DNA of 64,000 nucleotides. It comes from an uncultured bacterium (GTDB taxonomy: Bacteria; JAGOEH01). Position 1 is the first letter of the stretch; the number at the start of each line of letters is the position of its first letter. Below the pieces are notes generated by a model, which was not told where the DNA came from, made no database searches, and saw nothing but the letters and a program-made list of their open reading frames with translations. Below, piece after piece: positions 1 through 9,020 of the stretch. The stretch lies in NCBI GenBank assembly GCA_964632485.1, contig CAZWDO010000022.1:1-64000 (forward strand). Reading direction: 5' to 3'. The translations under genes were made by a program, and so were the position numbers.

Positions 1-436
1 TTCCGCCCGATCGAATTTCATCCCGGGATCAAGTCGCCGCCAGAAATCCAGCATCTCCTTCCATTTTTCCGGCTTCTCCGGCTGGTCCGCCAGGGTTTCT
101 CTATACCATCCAATCGCGCAAAGACCGGCGGCCGCATCTATTTCGATCTCGATGTTGTCGCCGAATTCCTGGTGAAAGCCAATGCGTCAACGTCGCCCGG
201 TTTACCGCCAAACCCGAATGGAGGCCATCAGGGACAATCCGAATAGATATGTGGAGCGTGTATGGGAGGAGTGGGCGCGATAATAACTTTTAAAGATGAT
301 TGACGCATTCATTTACATAGACGGAGTCTAAGTGAAATGAGTAAAACTGGCTATGGTGACTATTTGGTGACCAGCCTATGCTACGCAAACAGTAACAGCT
401 TGCAATACAACTTGTTCTGAGCCAATGTGATTATAA

Positions 437-844
437 CTACGGATCAGCAGCGAATATCTGGCAGGGGATGGAGGCGTGCAGTGATCGCAGGCCGTCAATG
501 AAGAGTTCGACATTTCCCTCGCTCAGGGAGTCCTCCAACTGAAAGATCAGTGAACCCGTCTCGCCCTGCACCTGATAGCTGTAGGCTTCCAGCAGATTAT
601 TCAGAAACGATACTCGCACCTCTTCGTTCGGATACGAGAGATAATAGCAATCCGCTTCCCAATTGATCCGTTTGATGGTCAGGTACCCGGTCTGGAACAG
701 CAGGGAGTAGATATCGAGCCGCCGCAGCGCGAATTTGTCGAAGAAAGACTCGCTAATCGCCAGATTCGAGAGCTTCCCCACCTCGCTATGCCGATGCCGA
801 GTTTCTTCATATAGGTAATATATGGAATTAGAGGGGAAATCCAA
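437..844 (-). pseudogene. Internal fragment of an AAA-ATPase-like / PD-(D/E)XK nuclease family protein
   Basis: SLLFQTGYLTIK...YYLSYPNEEVR motif is typical of this family. The ORF is only 135 aa, with no Walker A and no C-terminal nuclease domain. Confidence 0.65.
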
Positions 845-924
845 GTTATTTTAAAAACCTCAGATCTCCCTCTGAAGAGTGAGAAATAATTGGTTTGGAA
901 AGATGTTCACCAGCATAAAAAACC

Positions 925-3900
925 TCAGCTAATTTTAAACAAAATAGCGGTCATATCATCCTGCTGGGGTATTTGACCGGCAAAATGCTCAATTCGAGAA
1001 AATATCGTTTGGTTAATTCCAGACAAATTTAAATTTGTCTGGATACTTTTATGGATAATATCTTTCAATCCTTCTTCGCCCAGCATAACCTCGGCGGAAT
1101 TGATCCGTTCATTGAGTCCGTCACTAAAGCAAAAAATCATATCGTCCGGCGCCAACTTCATCTCAAGCTGCTGGTATCGCGTTTCGCTAATATACCCTAA
1201 GGGTATTCCCCCGCAGTCAAGAGGAACTGGATGAGTGCGAATCAAGTAAGGATAGGGTATCCCGGAATTAACTAATTTCAGGCTATATTCTTTTGTGTCG
1301 ATAATTCCCATTAAAAAGCATATCCCGTATCCCGGATGAAGTTGAAAATCAATCATTTTCGTGTTTAACAAGGAAAGCGCATCCGGCAGGGAAAGATTTT
1401 GCTCCAGACTGGGACCGATGGTATGAAAAAAGGTTTTAGCCACGCTGACGACCAGTCCGGATGCTATCCCGTGCCCGGAGACATCTCCGAGACAAAACAA
1501 CAGGCGATGATCATTGATTAGTCGGAAATCATAATAATCGCCCCCGACTTCATCAGCGGTGTGCATGAAGGCAGCGATCGATAGTTTTTCAATTGTCGGA
1601 AAATGTCTGGGAAGCATTGAAAGCTGGACATCCCGCGCCCTCATCAATTCCTCAATTTTTTTATTATGGGCAATTTCAATTTTATCTTTTTCCAGGGTTT
1701 CCAGTTTCAACTGGTAATGTTGCTCCCGATACTGGAACACAAAATAAATCATGCTTGAAACGATGAATAATCCAATTAAATACGCCCACCAGGTTCTCCA
1801 TGGGGGCGGCGCAATATGGATCGCCAGAGATGCGCTGTTTTCACTCCAGCATCCATCTCCGTTCGCGGCTTTGACCTGGAAAACATAATCCCCGGCGGGT
1901 AAGTTGGTATATGTCGCGAATTTTCGATTTCCCACATAACTCCAGTGGTCGTCAAATCCTTTCAGTTGGTAGGCATACTGGTTATACGGGGGGGAAACAT
2001 AGTCCAATGCCGTATATTGAAAACTGACAATGCGATGTTTATAGGTAAGCTCGATACTGTCAGTAACTTCGATAGGATGCTTGAGAATTGAGTTTCTGCC
2101 CGGAATAACCGCTTCGTTTGACAACTGAAATCCAGTGATCATCACGTCCGGCTGATGTCTGTTTTCTTTAATTTTATCGGGATAGAAAGCATATAGTCCT
2201 TTACTCCCGCCCAGAATGATTTCATCATCAGTCATGGAAAGTAAGGCATTTGGGTAGAAATCGTTATTGGCAAGTCCATCCTGAATATCGTAATTGGTAA
2301 ACCTTTTCATTTGCGGGTCAAACATGCTCAGGCCTTTATCCGTGGCTATCCATATCCTGCCCGACCTGTCGGCGGCTATCGAGCGGACGTTGTTGCGGAT
2401 CAGTCCGTGTTCTGTAGTATATGAGCGGCAGGAATTACTCATCAAGTCAATATGGATTAAGCCGCTTCCATCCGTGCCTATCCATAAATTTCCTTTATTA
2501 TCATCAAAAACAGTATTAATAGAAATACGGGTGATTATTTCGCATTCTTCAGTGAATGAGCGGTAAGGGCTAAGCTTTGAAGTCTCGGGATCAAATCGAT
2601 AAAGCTGATGGGTTTCATACACCCATAATCGGTTATCAGCCGCTCGGGATATAAGAAATTTAGGTATTCCTCTCCAGGTTGTGTCATTTTTGCTTACATT
2701 TTCGATTTTTTGAGTTGCGCAGTTATAATACAAAAGCCCGATATTTAGTGAAGATAACCATAAATTGCCCAGTCGATCAGGAATAATTGAGACGATTCTA
2801 CCGATCTGAGCAGATTCTCTGGGTATAATCAGATCAAAATTCATTTTTTCCAGGGGTTCGACGTTGTTTGTGAGGGATCTGCCGGAACGATAAAGTCCCA
2901 GCCCGGTTCCCAACCACAGGTAACCGGCGGAATTCTGATAGATTGCATAGGGAATAACATCAGGAATATTCGGATCGATTTGGTGGAAAACAATTTTACC
3001 CTTTTCCCGGTCCCAGTAGTTCAGTCCGGCGGCCGTTCCGATCCAGATTTTACTGACCTGCTTATGCGGCGCGTTTGTGAAAGGAGAAACAAAGATGGAT
3101 ACGATAATATTATTGCCGGCCTCATTGATTTCAGGCATGGCGTAATAGGGAAATTTCATGGCAGAGGGATGGTAGTAGTTGACGCCGCCCGTTTCGGTAC
3201 CGATCCATAATCCGCCCATAGAGTCGTTGAATAAACAAGTGACGTCGTTAGCGCTGAGACTGAGAGGATCGTCGGCTTGGTAACGATAGTGATAAAAACG
3301 TTGGTCTTTCGGGTCAAAGAGATCGAGTCCGCCGGCAAGCGTTTGGAACCACATTCGGTTATTGCTGTCCTTATGGATAAGCTTGACCGCCTGGTGACTG
3401 ATACGGAAACATTCCGGAGTTTCTTCAGGGGGATTCATCCAATGTCGGGTGATTTCTCCGGTGACGGGGTTAAAGCAAACCAGACGTAAATAAGCCAGGG
3501 TCCGATTCGGTTTAGTTTGAGATGATACCACCCAAAATTTACCGTCCGGGCCGCAAACCATGATCAATACAGAATTTCCCGATAACGCATGAAGCGATAC
3601 GCCTCGATCGGAATACATTTCATCCGAACCCTCCCAGGCAAAAAGATGGAAACGGCCCGTATCCCGGTCCAATCGGCTCAATCCCCCGTAGCGTGTACCC
3701 ACCCAAATCCTTCCCAGAGTGTCCTCTGCTAAAGCGGTAACCTCGCCGGAACCCAACGCATAAGGATCGTCCGGCCTGCAGACGGAATCACTGCCGTTAT
3801 CCTCATGCGATTTGAAAATCCCTTCCGGCAGAGGACGGTAGGGATAGCGCTCAAATCCATCGATATCGGGACGATACCTGTTTAATCCCGCGCTTGAAGT

Positions 3901-4623
3901 TCCAATCCATATTTCTCCGCGGCTATCCTGGAAAAGCGTTCTAATGGAATTGCAACTTAAACTGTTGGAGTTATCAGGAAGATGGCGATAATAAGCGATC
4001 GAATCGCCCATAGCATCATATTTCGCCAAACCATACCTAAAAGTGGGAATCCATATATTATTATCCCGATCGCAAAGGATATTCAACGCCAATAAATTCC
4101 ATATTTCTACGGATTTCGATTGGATTGGATAGGCAAAAAATTTGTCATTTATCGGATCGTAGCGATGTAATGTCATGTCTGATGTTAAAACCCAAAGACG
4201 CTTTTTTGAATCCATAAGGAGTCGGATAATTGTGTTGTCGCTGAGACTCGAAGAATCACTTTCAATATGGTTATATACCTTGATGTTGCATCCATCGTAG
4301 CGGTTTAAGCCATCATGTGTGCCAAACCAGATAAATCCCCGCTGATCCTGAATAATAGTGTTGATTCTATTATGGGAAAGTCCTCCCTCCACGGTAATAT
4401 GCCTGAACCGTATATAAAAATTACCGGCGCAAGGGTGGTTATCGCTATCACAAAGAGATAGATGTAAAGGAAACAGTGTAACCAAAAAAAACAGAATGCC
4501 CAGTTTTTTATAAGCTCCTGATTCCGGAAAAATTAACTTGTTAATGGCGCTCTCATTTTTTATATTATAATTGCTGCATTTTTGCATGATTATTTTATCA
4601 AACCTTCTGATAAGCGGATTCAC
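925..4623 (-). CDS. Two-component-regulator beta-propeller + YYY domain + TM + SpoIIE/PP2C phosphatase (start uncertain, possibly 4587)
   Basis: Repeated D..G.IW.GT..GL propeller units, ATYTNLPAGDYVFQVKA (YYY), PPWRTWWAY TM entry, and PP2C motifs VGGDYYDF, GDVSGHG, FSDGL, DDMT. Confidence 0.9.
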   Translation of the reverse strand: MNPLIRRFDKIIMQKCSNYNIKNESAINKLIFPESGAYKKLGILFFLVTLFPLHLSLCDSDNHPCAGNFYIRFRHITVEGGLSHNRINTIIQDQRGFIWFGTHDGLNRYDGCNIKVYNHIESDSSSLSDNTIIRLLMDSKKRLWVLTSDMTLHRYDPINDKFFAYPIQSKSVEIWNLLALNILCDRDNNIWIPTFRYGLAKYDAMGDSIAYYRHLPDNSNSLSCNSIRTLFQDSRGEIWIGTSSAGLNRYRPDIDGFERYPYRPLPEGIFKSHEDNGSDSVCRPDDPYALGSGEVTALAEDTLGRIWVGTRYGGLSRLDRDTGRFHLFAWEGSDEMYSDRGVSLHALSGNSVLIMVCGPDGKFWVVSSQTKPNRTLAYLRLVCFNPVTGEITRHWMNPPEETPECFRISHQAVKLIHKDSNNRMWFQTLAGGLDLFDPKDQRFYHYRYQADDPLSLSANDVTCLFNDSMGGLWIGTETGGVNYYHPSAMKFPYYAMPEINEAGNNIIVSIFVSPFTNAPHKQVSKIWIGTAAGLNYWDREKGKIVFHQIDPNIPDVIPYAIYQNSAGYLWLGTGLGLYRSGRSLTNNVEPLEKMNFDLIIPRESAQIGRIVSIIPDRLGNLWLSSLNIGLLYYNCATQKIENVSKNDTTWRGIPKFLISRAADNRLWVYETHQLYRFDPETSKLSPYRSFTEECEIITRISINTVFDDNKGNLWIGTDGSGLIHIDLMSNSCRSYTTEHGLIRNNVRSIAADRSGRIWIATDKGLSMFDPQMKRFTNYDIQDGLANNDFYPNALLSMTDDEIILGGSKGLYAFYPDKIKENRHQPDVMITGFQLSNEAVIPGRNSILKHPIEVTDSIELTYKHRIVSFQYTALDYVSPPYNQYAYQLKGFDDHWSYVGNRKFATYTNLPAGDYVFQVKAANGDGCWSENSASLAIHIAPPPWRTWWAYLIGLFIVSSMIYFVFQYREQHYQLKLETLEKDKIEIAHNKKIEELMRARDVQLSMLPRHFPTIEKLSIAAFMHTADEVGGDYYDFRLINDHRLLFCLGDVSGHGIASGLVVSVAKTFFHTIGPSLEQNLSLPDALSLLNTKMIDFQLHPGYGICFLMGIIDTKEYSLKLVNSGIPYPYLIRTHPVPLDCGGIPLGYISETRYQQLEMKLAPDDMIFCFSDGLNERINSAEVMLGEEGLKDIIHKSIQTNLNLSGINQTIFSRIEHFAGQIPQQDDMTAILFKIS

Positions 4624-4650
4624 CCGGCTAACCGATCTGACTCAACAACC

Positions 4651-4695
4651 AACGGGACCTCTAAAAACGGGACCTCTAAAAACGGGACCTTTAAA
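4651..4695. repeat. Tandem repeat, 3 x 15 bp (AACGGGACCTCTAAA)
   Basis: Copies at 4651, 4666 and 4681; the last has one mismatch. Confidence 0.95.
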
Positions 4696-4753
4696 ATAGA
4701 TACGAGTTTTTTCCATCGTATCCCCGTTGCTGCTATAGTTGTTACTATATTCT

Positions 4754-4781
4754 AATATAACTTCAAACTTATGGATGTCAA
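4754..4781 (-). promoter_or_regulatory. Putative sigma70-type promoter for the propeller-PP2C gene
   Basis: Minus strand reads TTGACA-N16-TATATT. Confidence 0.5.
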
Positions 4782-5166
4782 GAATTTAAATTTTGGAAAA
4801 TTTATCCGGTATCAGGCGTATCAACACATGCAATTGAACTTTTCAGGTGGCTATGTTGCTCTGAAAATGAGGGGAAACTATTACTCCATGAGGCGATTCA
4901 GGCTGGTTCGCAGGTCCGGTTGGAAATTATGGTTGATTAGCCAACATTCATTTGGATATGATGATGATCAGGCAATATTTCGGCAACAGAAGTCATGGCA
5001 TATACTAAAAGGAGGTTTAAAGGGTGGAATTTTTTACAGTGTTTCCCAGGAGTATGGATGCTGCAAAGCGTTTCCGGTTCCGGTGGAAAGAGAACCGGCG
5101 CGGTGAGGGTTAGCTTCAGCGAGATGGCAGGTTAACCCTCTTACTGCGGAAATGGGTTTGCAATAA

Positions 5167-6306
5167 TCACGACTGAATAGATAAGTCATGGAACATCTTT
5201 CCGCGGGCAATCACGTGTCGGATACTCATATCTTTATCAATCAGCAGGATGTCGGCATCGGCCCCAATGCTGATCCGCCCTTTGTTCGGGAGTTTTAGAG
5301 TTTTGGCCGGATTAGTAGTGACTGGCAATAAAGCGGTTTCCAAAGGTTGGTTTTCCTGAAGCGTGAGTTCGCGCACTTCCCGCCATATCGATTCCACCCC
5401 GGCGGTTTCTAATCTCAACAGATCGCCGTTTTCGTTGAAATGCGGCAGGGAACCGCCCGCGTCACTGGAAAAGGTGATGTTTTCGGCGGGAACCCCGGCC
5501 TTGATCAATCTGGCAAATGCTGTCGAGGGTTTAATTTCCAATTCCGGATAGAGTGGCCAGGAACTGGTAGTCAAATCGATCGGTCCATTTTTTCCGTATT
5601 CGCAGGCATCTTCAAATATATAATGGTTGCGATTGCAATGGGTTGGCAGGTATTGACGGAATTTGAATTCGCTTTGATTGACGGCGTCGCGGATCAATCG
5701 GAAAGGGTCGCGGGCATCGCCCATGTGGAGGTTGATGATCCCGGCTTTAGCGCCGAGCATTCCGCCAATTCTTGCCTGTGCGGTTAGACGCAGAAATTCT
5801 GCCAGTGTCGGGCAGGAAGATCGATGATCGGCAATGGCAATTTCCCCTAATCCGATAACTTCATCAATCATGGCGATATCACGGGCAATGTCGCCGGTAA
5901 TTGTTGGCGGGGGAACTTGATAGGCGCCGGTATATATCCATGCGGAGATTCCTTTGGCGCGTAACGCTTTGGCTTTCATCAACACGCCTTCCACGCTGCG
6001 GGTGACTCCGTCGGTTCCCAGGCATCCCACCACGGATGTTACACCGTTTTGAAGAAGCTGTTCGGCGCTTAGCCCTTCGGTCCTGCTGCCCGGTCCGGCT
6101 TCCCCGCCCGCCCCGGCAATATGGGCGTGCCCGTCAATTATCCCGGGAACAGCAATCAGATTGGAACCGTCAATGATTTCCAGCGGTTTGAGCTCGGTAT
6201 GGGCAAGCTGGGGAGCAATAGCTAAAATTTTGTCTCCCCCGATCAAGATATCGCTTTTTCCTCGGGGTTTGGGTGTATATATGTCAATATCACGAATCAG
6301 TAGCAT
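5167..6306 (-). CDS. iadA: Isoaspartyl dipeptidase (beta-aspartyl peptidase, amidohydrolase fold)
   Basis: DGHAHIAGAGGEAG (HxH), GVTSVVGCLGTDG, GEIAIADHRSS, PTHCNR, SSDAGGSLP; 379 aa. Confidence 0.93.
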   Translation of the reverse strand: MLLIRDIDIYTPKPRGKSDILIGGDKILAIAPQLAHTELKPLEIIDGSNLIAVPGIIDGHAHIAGAGGEAGPGSRTEGLSAEQLLQNGVTSVVGCLGTDGVTRSVEGVLMKAKALRAKGISAWIYTGAYQVPPPTITGDIARDIAMIDEVIGLGEIAIADHRSSCPTLAEFLRLTAQARIGGMLGAKAGIINLHMGDARDPFRLIRDAVNQSEFKFRQYLPTHCNRNHYIFEDACEYGKNGPIDLTTSSWPLYPELEIKPSTAFARLIKAGVPAENITFSSDAGGSLPHFNENGDLLRLETAGVESIWREVRELTLQENQPLETALLPVTTNPAKTLKLPNKGRISIGADADILLIDKDMSIRHVIARGKMFHDLSIQS

Positions 6307-6407
6307 CTTTCCTCCTGGTCGGGTTACTGATCGATAATTCCAATCGATTCTTTATTCATCGGTTGTTAAAAATCTGACGTCATGTATGCAAACCATGGTA
6401 ATCAAGA

Positions 6408-6624
6408 TGGATGCCGGATCGGAGTCCGGCATGATGCTGCATACTCTGTCATTCCGGGCTTGATCCGGAATCCATCCGCTGCCGTCATTCTCGCGCAGGC
6501 GGGAATCCATACTTCAATTGTCATTCCGGGCTTGACCCGGAATCCAGCTTTTACCCATGGATGCCGGATCGGAGTCCGGCATGACGCTGCATACTCTGTC
6601 ATTCCGGGCTTGACCCAGAATCCA
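6408..6624. repeat. REP-like palindrome cluster A (six GTCA-type units in both orientations)
   Basis: GTCATTCCGGGCTTGA(T/C)CC(G/A)GAATCCA at 6448, 6520 and 6598; GTCATTCTCGCGCAGGCGGGAATCCA at 6484; inverted TGGATGCCGGATCGGAGTCCGGCATGA at 6408 and 6558. A block of about 68 bp repeats with a 150-bp period. Confidence 0.9.
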
Positions 6625-7567
6625 GTCTATTACCCTCGGGGAACACTCCTGAAGTGGAGGTTACTGATATCTGTTCATAGGAACCGTCCGGCATGATTTT
6701 TATCAATCCCCCTCCGAGAGTAGCGCACCAGATATTCCCCTGCGCATCGGCTTCAATATCGTTGACAGTGAATACCAGCGCCGGGATTTCGGAGGAACCG
6801 TATTTAACGATCGAACCATCGGGGGCTATGTCCCATACTTCCATGTCGGTTTGATTGGCCATCCAGATGTGGTCCCGGTTATCGATGGTCATTGCATAAC
6901 TGTATTTGCCCTCGGTTTCGCTGAGGAGCTGCCAGCTTCCATCGGCCTTACGGCAGGTAATGCCGAAATAGGTGCAAAACCAGGTGTTGCCCTGGGAATC
7001 TTTATAGATATCGTAAAATTCGGGACGGGCCGCATTCATATCCAGTGTGAAACCAATGTCAGAGAGTTGCCATTCGGACCAATTGGCGCCGAAATCTTCG
7101 GAAACATAGATGCGGGATAAGGTGCGGTCGCTTGAATTGCGAATGGAGATATAGACCTTGCCATCGGGATCGGTGAGTACGGAACGGTCATATTGGCCGG
7201 AGGTGAAGGCGATCTGTTCCTTGTCGCCGTTGGCGCGCATCACGGTAATCCCATAATGGGTGCAGAACCAGAGTCCGTTTTGAGTATCTTCAGAAATAAA
7301 AAAAACTCGGCCGTCGGTTCCAAAAAGATTCAGGTCGTCTTTGTTGAAAACCGTCCAGGTTGTCATATCGGCGGCCAGGCGCGAGGTGTAGGCAAACCCG
7401 TCGCCACTTTTTTGTCCGCCGAACCAGATATCCCCGGCATGATCGATGGTGATGGAATAGACTTTGTTGAACGGCAAACCGCTGTTGTCGGAATTGTAAA
7501 CGGTAAAATCAAGCGCCGACAGATTCAGAACGAGAGCCAGGATCAAAAGACTCACCATTTGTTTCAT
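6599..7567 (-). CDS. Secreted beta-propeller protein (two-component regulator propeller repeats), apparently 3'-truncated
   Basis: Signal peptide, NSGLPFNKVYSITID..GDIWFG and D.QGN.W repeats. The stop codon lies inside a REP unit. Confidence 0.75.
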   Translation of the reverse strand: MKQMVSLLILALVLNLSALDFTVYNSDNSGLPFNKVYSITIDHAGDIWFGGQKSGDGFAYTSRLAADMTTWTVFNKDDLNLFGTDGRVFFISEDTQNGLWFCTHYGITVMRANGDKEQIAFTSGQYDRSVLTDPDGKVYISIRNSSDRTLSRIYVSEDFGANWSEWQLSDIGFTLDMNAARPEFYDIYKDSQGNTWFCTYFGITCRKADGSWQLLSETEGKYSYAMTIDNRDHIWMANQTDMEVWDIAPDGSIVKYGSSEIPALVFTVNDIEADAQGNIWCATLGGGLIKIMPDGSYEQISVTSTSGVFPEGNRLDSGSSPE

Positions 7568-7590
7568 GGTTTGTACTCCTTGTGTTAAAA

Positions 7591-9009
7591 TTAGCTTCCA
7601 ATCAGGGTTTCGTCATCCCGCAGACGAGGCGCGAGCGCGAATCCCGTGAAACCGTAAATAAGAGCAAATATAAACCCGCTGTAGCACATCACGGCCCAGG
7701 GGGCATACTCCAGTGTCGGCACGCCCAGCGTACCGGACATGAAAATTCCGGCCATACTCCAGGGAATGAGTGGCACGACGACTGCGCCGCTGTCTTCGGT
7801 TGTCCGTGATAAATTTTTTGCCGCCAAATTGAATTTTTTAAAAGCGCCGGCATAGAGTTCAGCCGGCAGTAAAATTGCCAGAAATGAACTGCCGGTGATC
7901 AATGCCACGGAAATCGAGGAGAGTACAGTCGCGGCCACTAATTTGCCGGTAGTATTGGCGATGCGCAGGATATGCCGCAATATCGTATCCAGCATCCCCG
8001 TTTTTTGCATGATTCCGCCAAATGCAAAGGCCGCGAACGCGATGAGCGTCACATCCATCATACTCATCATTCCCCCGCGGGAAAGCAGCATGTTCACCGC
8101 TTCATCGCCGGTTTGCGCCTTATAACCCTCCACGAAGGCCTTGATACCGTCGCTTAAGCCATACCCCTGGAAAATGGCGGCGAGGAGCAGGGCGGCGGCC
8201 GACGAAAGCAACATGTAGGGAATGACCGATTTTTTACGCAGCGCCGCTGTCAGCGTGATCAGCGGGGGCAGTAAAAGCAGCCAGTGAAATCGATAATGGC
8301 TGGACAACGTCGCGAGTATCTGATCCATTTTGACCATGGAGATCGCCTGTTGCTGGGTGGACGTGAACCCTAAGATCAGGTAGATCAGCAGTCCCAGGGA
8401 CCAGGCCGGTACTGTTGTCCACATGGTATGGCGGATATGGTCGAAAAGATTGCTTTGCGAGGCGGCCGGAGCCAGATTGGTCGTGTCGGAAAAAGGAGAA
8501 AGCTTGTCGCCGAAATAAGCGCCGGCAACAATAGCGCCAGCGGCTTGGCCCAACGGAACTCCCAATCCCTGGGCAATACCGATGAAAGCGATTCCCACCG
8601 TGCCCGCCGATCCATAGGAAGTTCCGGTTACCACCGATACCAGACTACAAACCAGGCAGGCTGTTAATAAATAAAAACGGGGGGAAATCAGTTTCAGACC
8701 GTAATAAACCAGCATAGGAATGGTTCCCGCAGCGATCCAGGATGCGATCAAACCTCCGACGCTAATAACAATCAGCATGGCCGGCATGGCTTTTCCCATG
8801 CTCTCCACAATCCCTTGCTCCATTTCCTTGTAACTGTATCCCAACGTTAGAGCGGAAAACCCGGCAATTACACTTGCTCCGAGCAACACGGCCGCCGCGG
8901 GCAGGTGAAAATATCCCAGGCCAATGCCAATTAATAGCAAAACGCAGAACAAAGGGATGAGCGATGCGGCCAGGCCGGGAAGCGGATGAGTTGATTTCTT
9001 TTCAGTCAT
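7591..9009 (-). CDS. nhaC: NhaC-family Na+/H+ antiporter-like transporter (possibly an amino-acid or dipeptide carrier)
   Basis: Many TM helices, GAYFGDKLSPFSDTTNL and LSRTTED motifs. ATG at 9009 follows an AAGGA RBS just after the upstream gene's stop. Confidence 0.88.
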   Translation of the reverse strand: MTEKKSTHPLPGLAASLIPLFCVLLLIGIGLGYFHLPAAAVLLGASVIAGFSALTLGYSYKEMEQGIVESMGKAMPAMLIVISVGGLIASWIAAGTIPMLVYYGLKLISPRFYLLTACLVCSLVSVVTGTSYGSAGTVGIAFIGIAQGLGVPLGQAAGAIVAGAYFGDKLSPFSDTTNLAPAASQSNLFDHIRHTMWTTVPAWSLGLLIYLILGFTSTQQQAISMVKMDQILATLSSHYRFHWLLLLPPLITLTAALRKKSVIPYMLLSSAAALLLAAIFQGYGLSDGIKAFVEGYKAQTGDEAVNMLLSRGGMMSMMDVTLIAFAAFAFGGIMQKTGMLDTILRHILRIANTTGKLVAATVLSSISVALITGSSFLAILLPAELYAGAFKKFNLAAKNLSRTTEDSGAVVVPLIPWSMAGIFMSGTLGVPTLEYAPWAVMCYSGFIFALIYGFTGFALAPRLRDDETLIGS

Positions 9010-9020
9010 TTTTGTTTCCT

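Noticed and set aside
4771-5106. 111-aa plus-strand ORF and the twin hairpins at about 5074-5140
   Set aside because: The ORF has no RBS or motif and overlaps a putative promoter. The hairpins lack a clear U-tract and match no RNA family I recognise.
6382-6696. ORFs 6382-6696(+) and 6402-6602(-) with repeated peptides
   Set aside because: They are translations of the REP cluster, not credible proteins.
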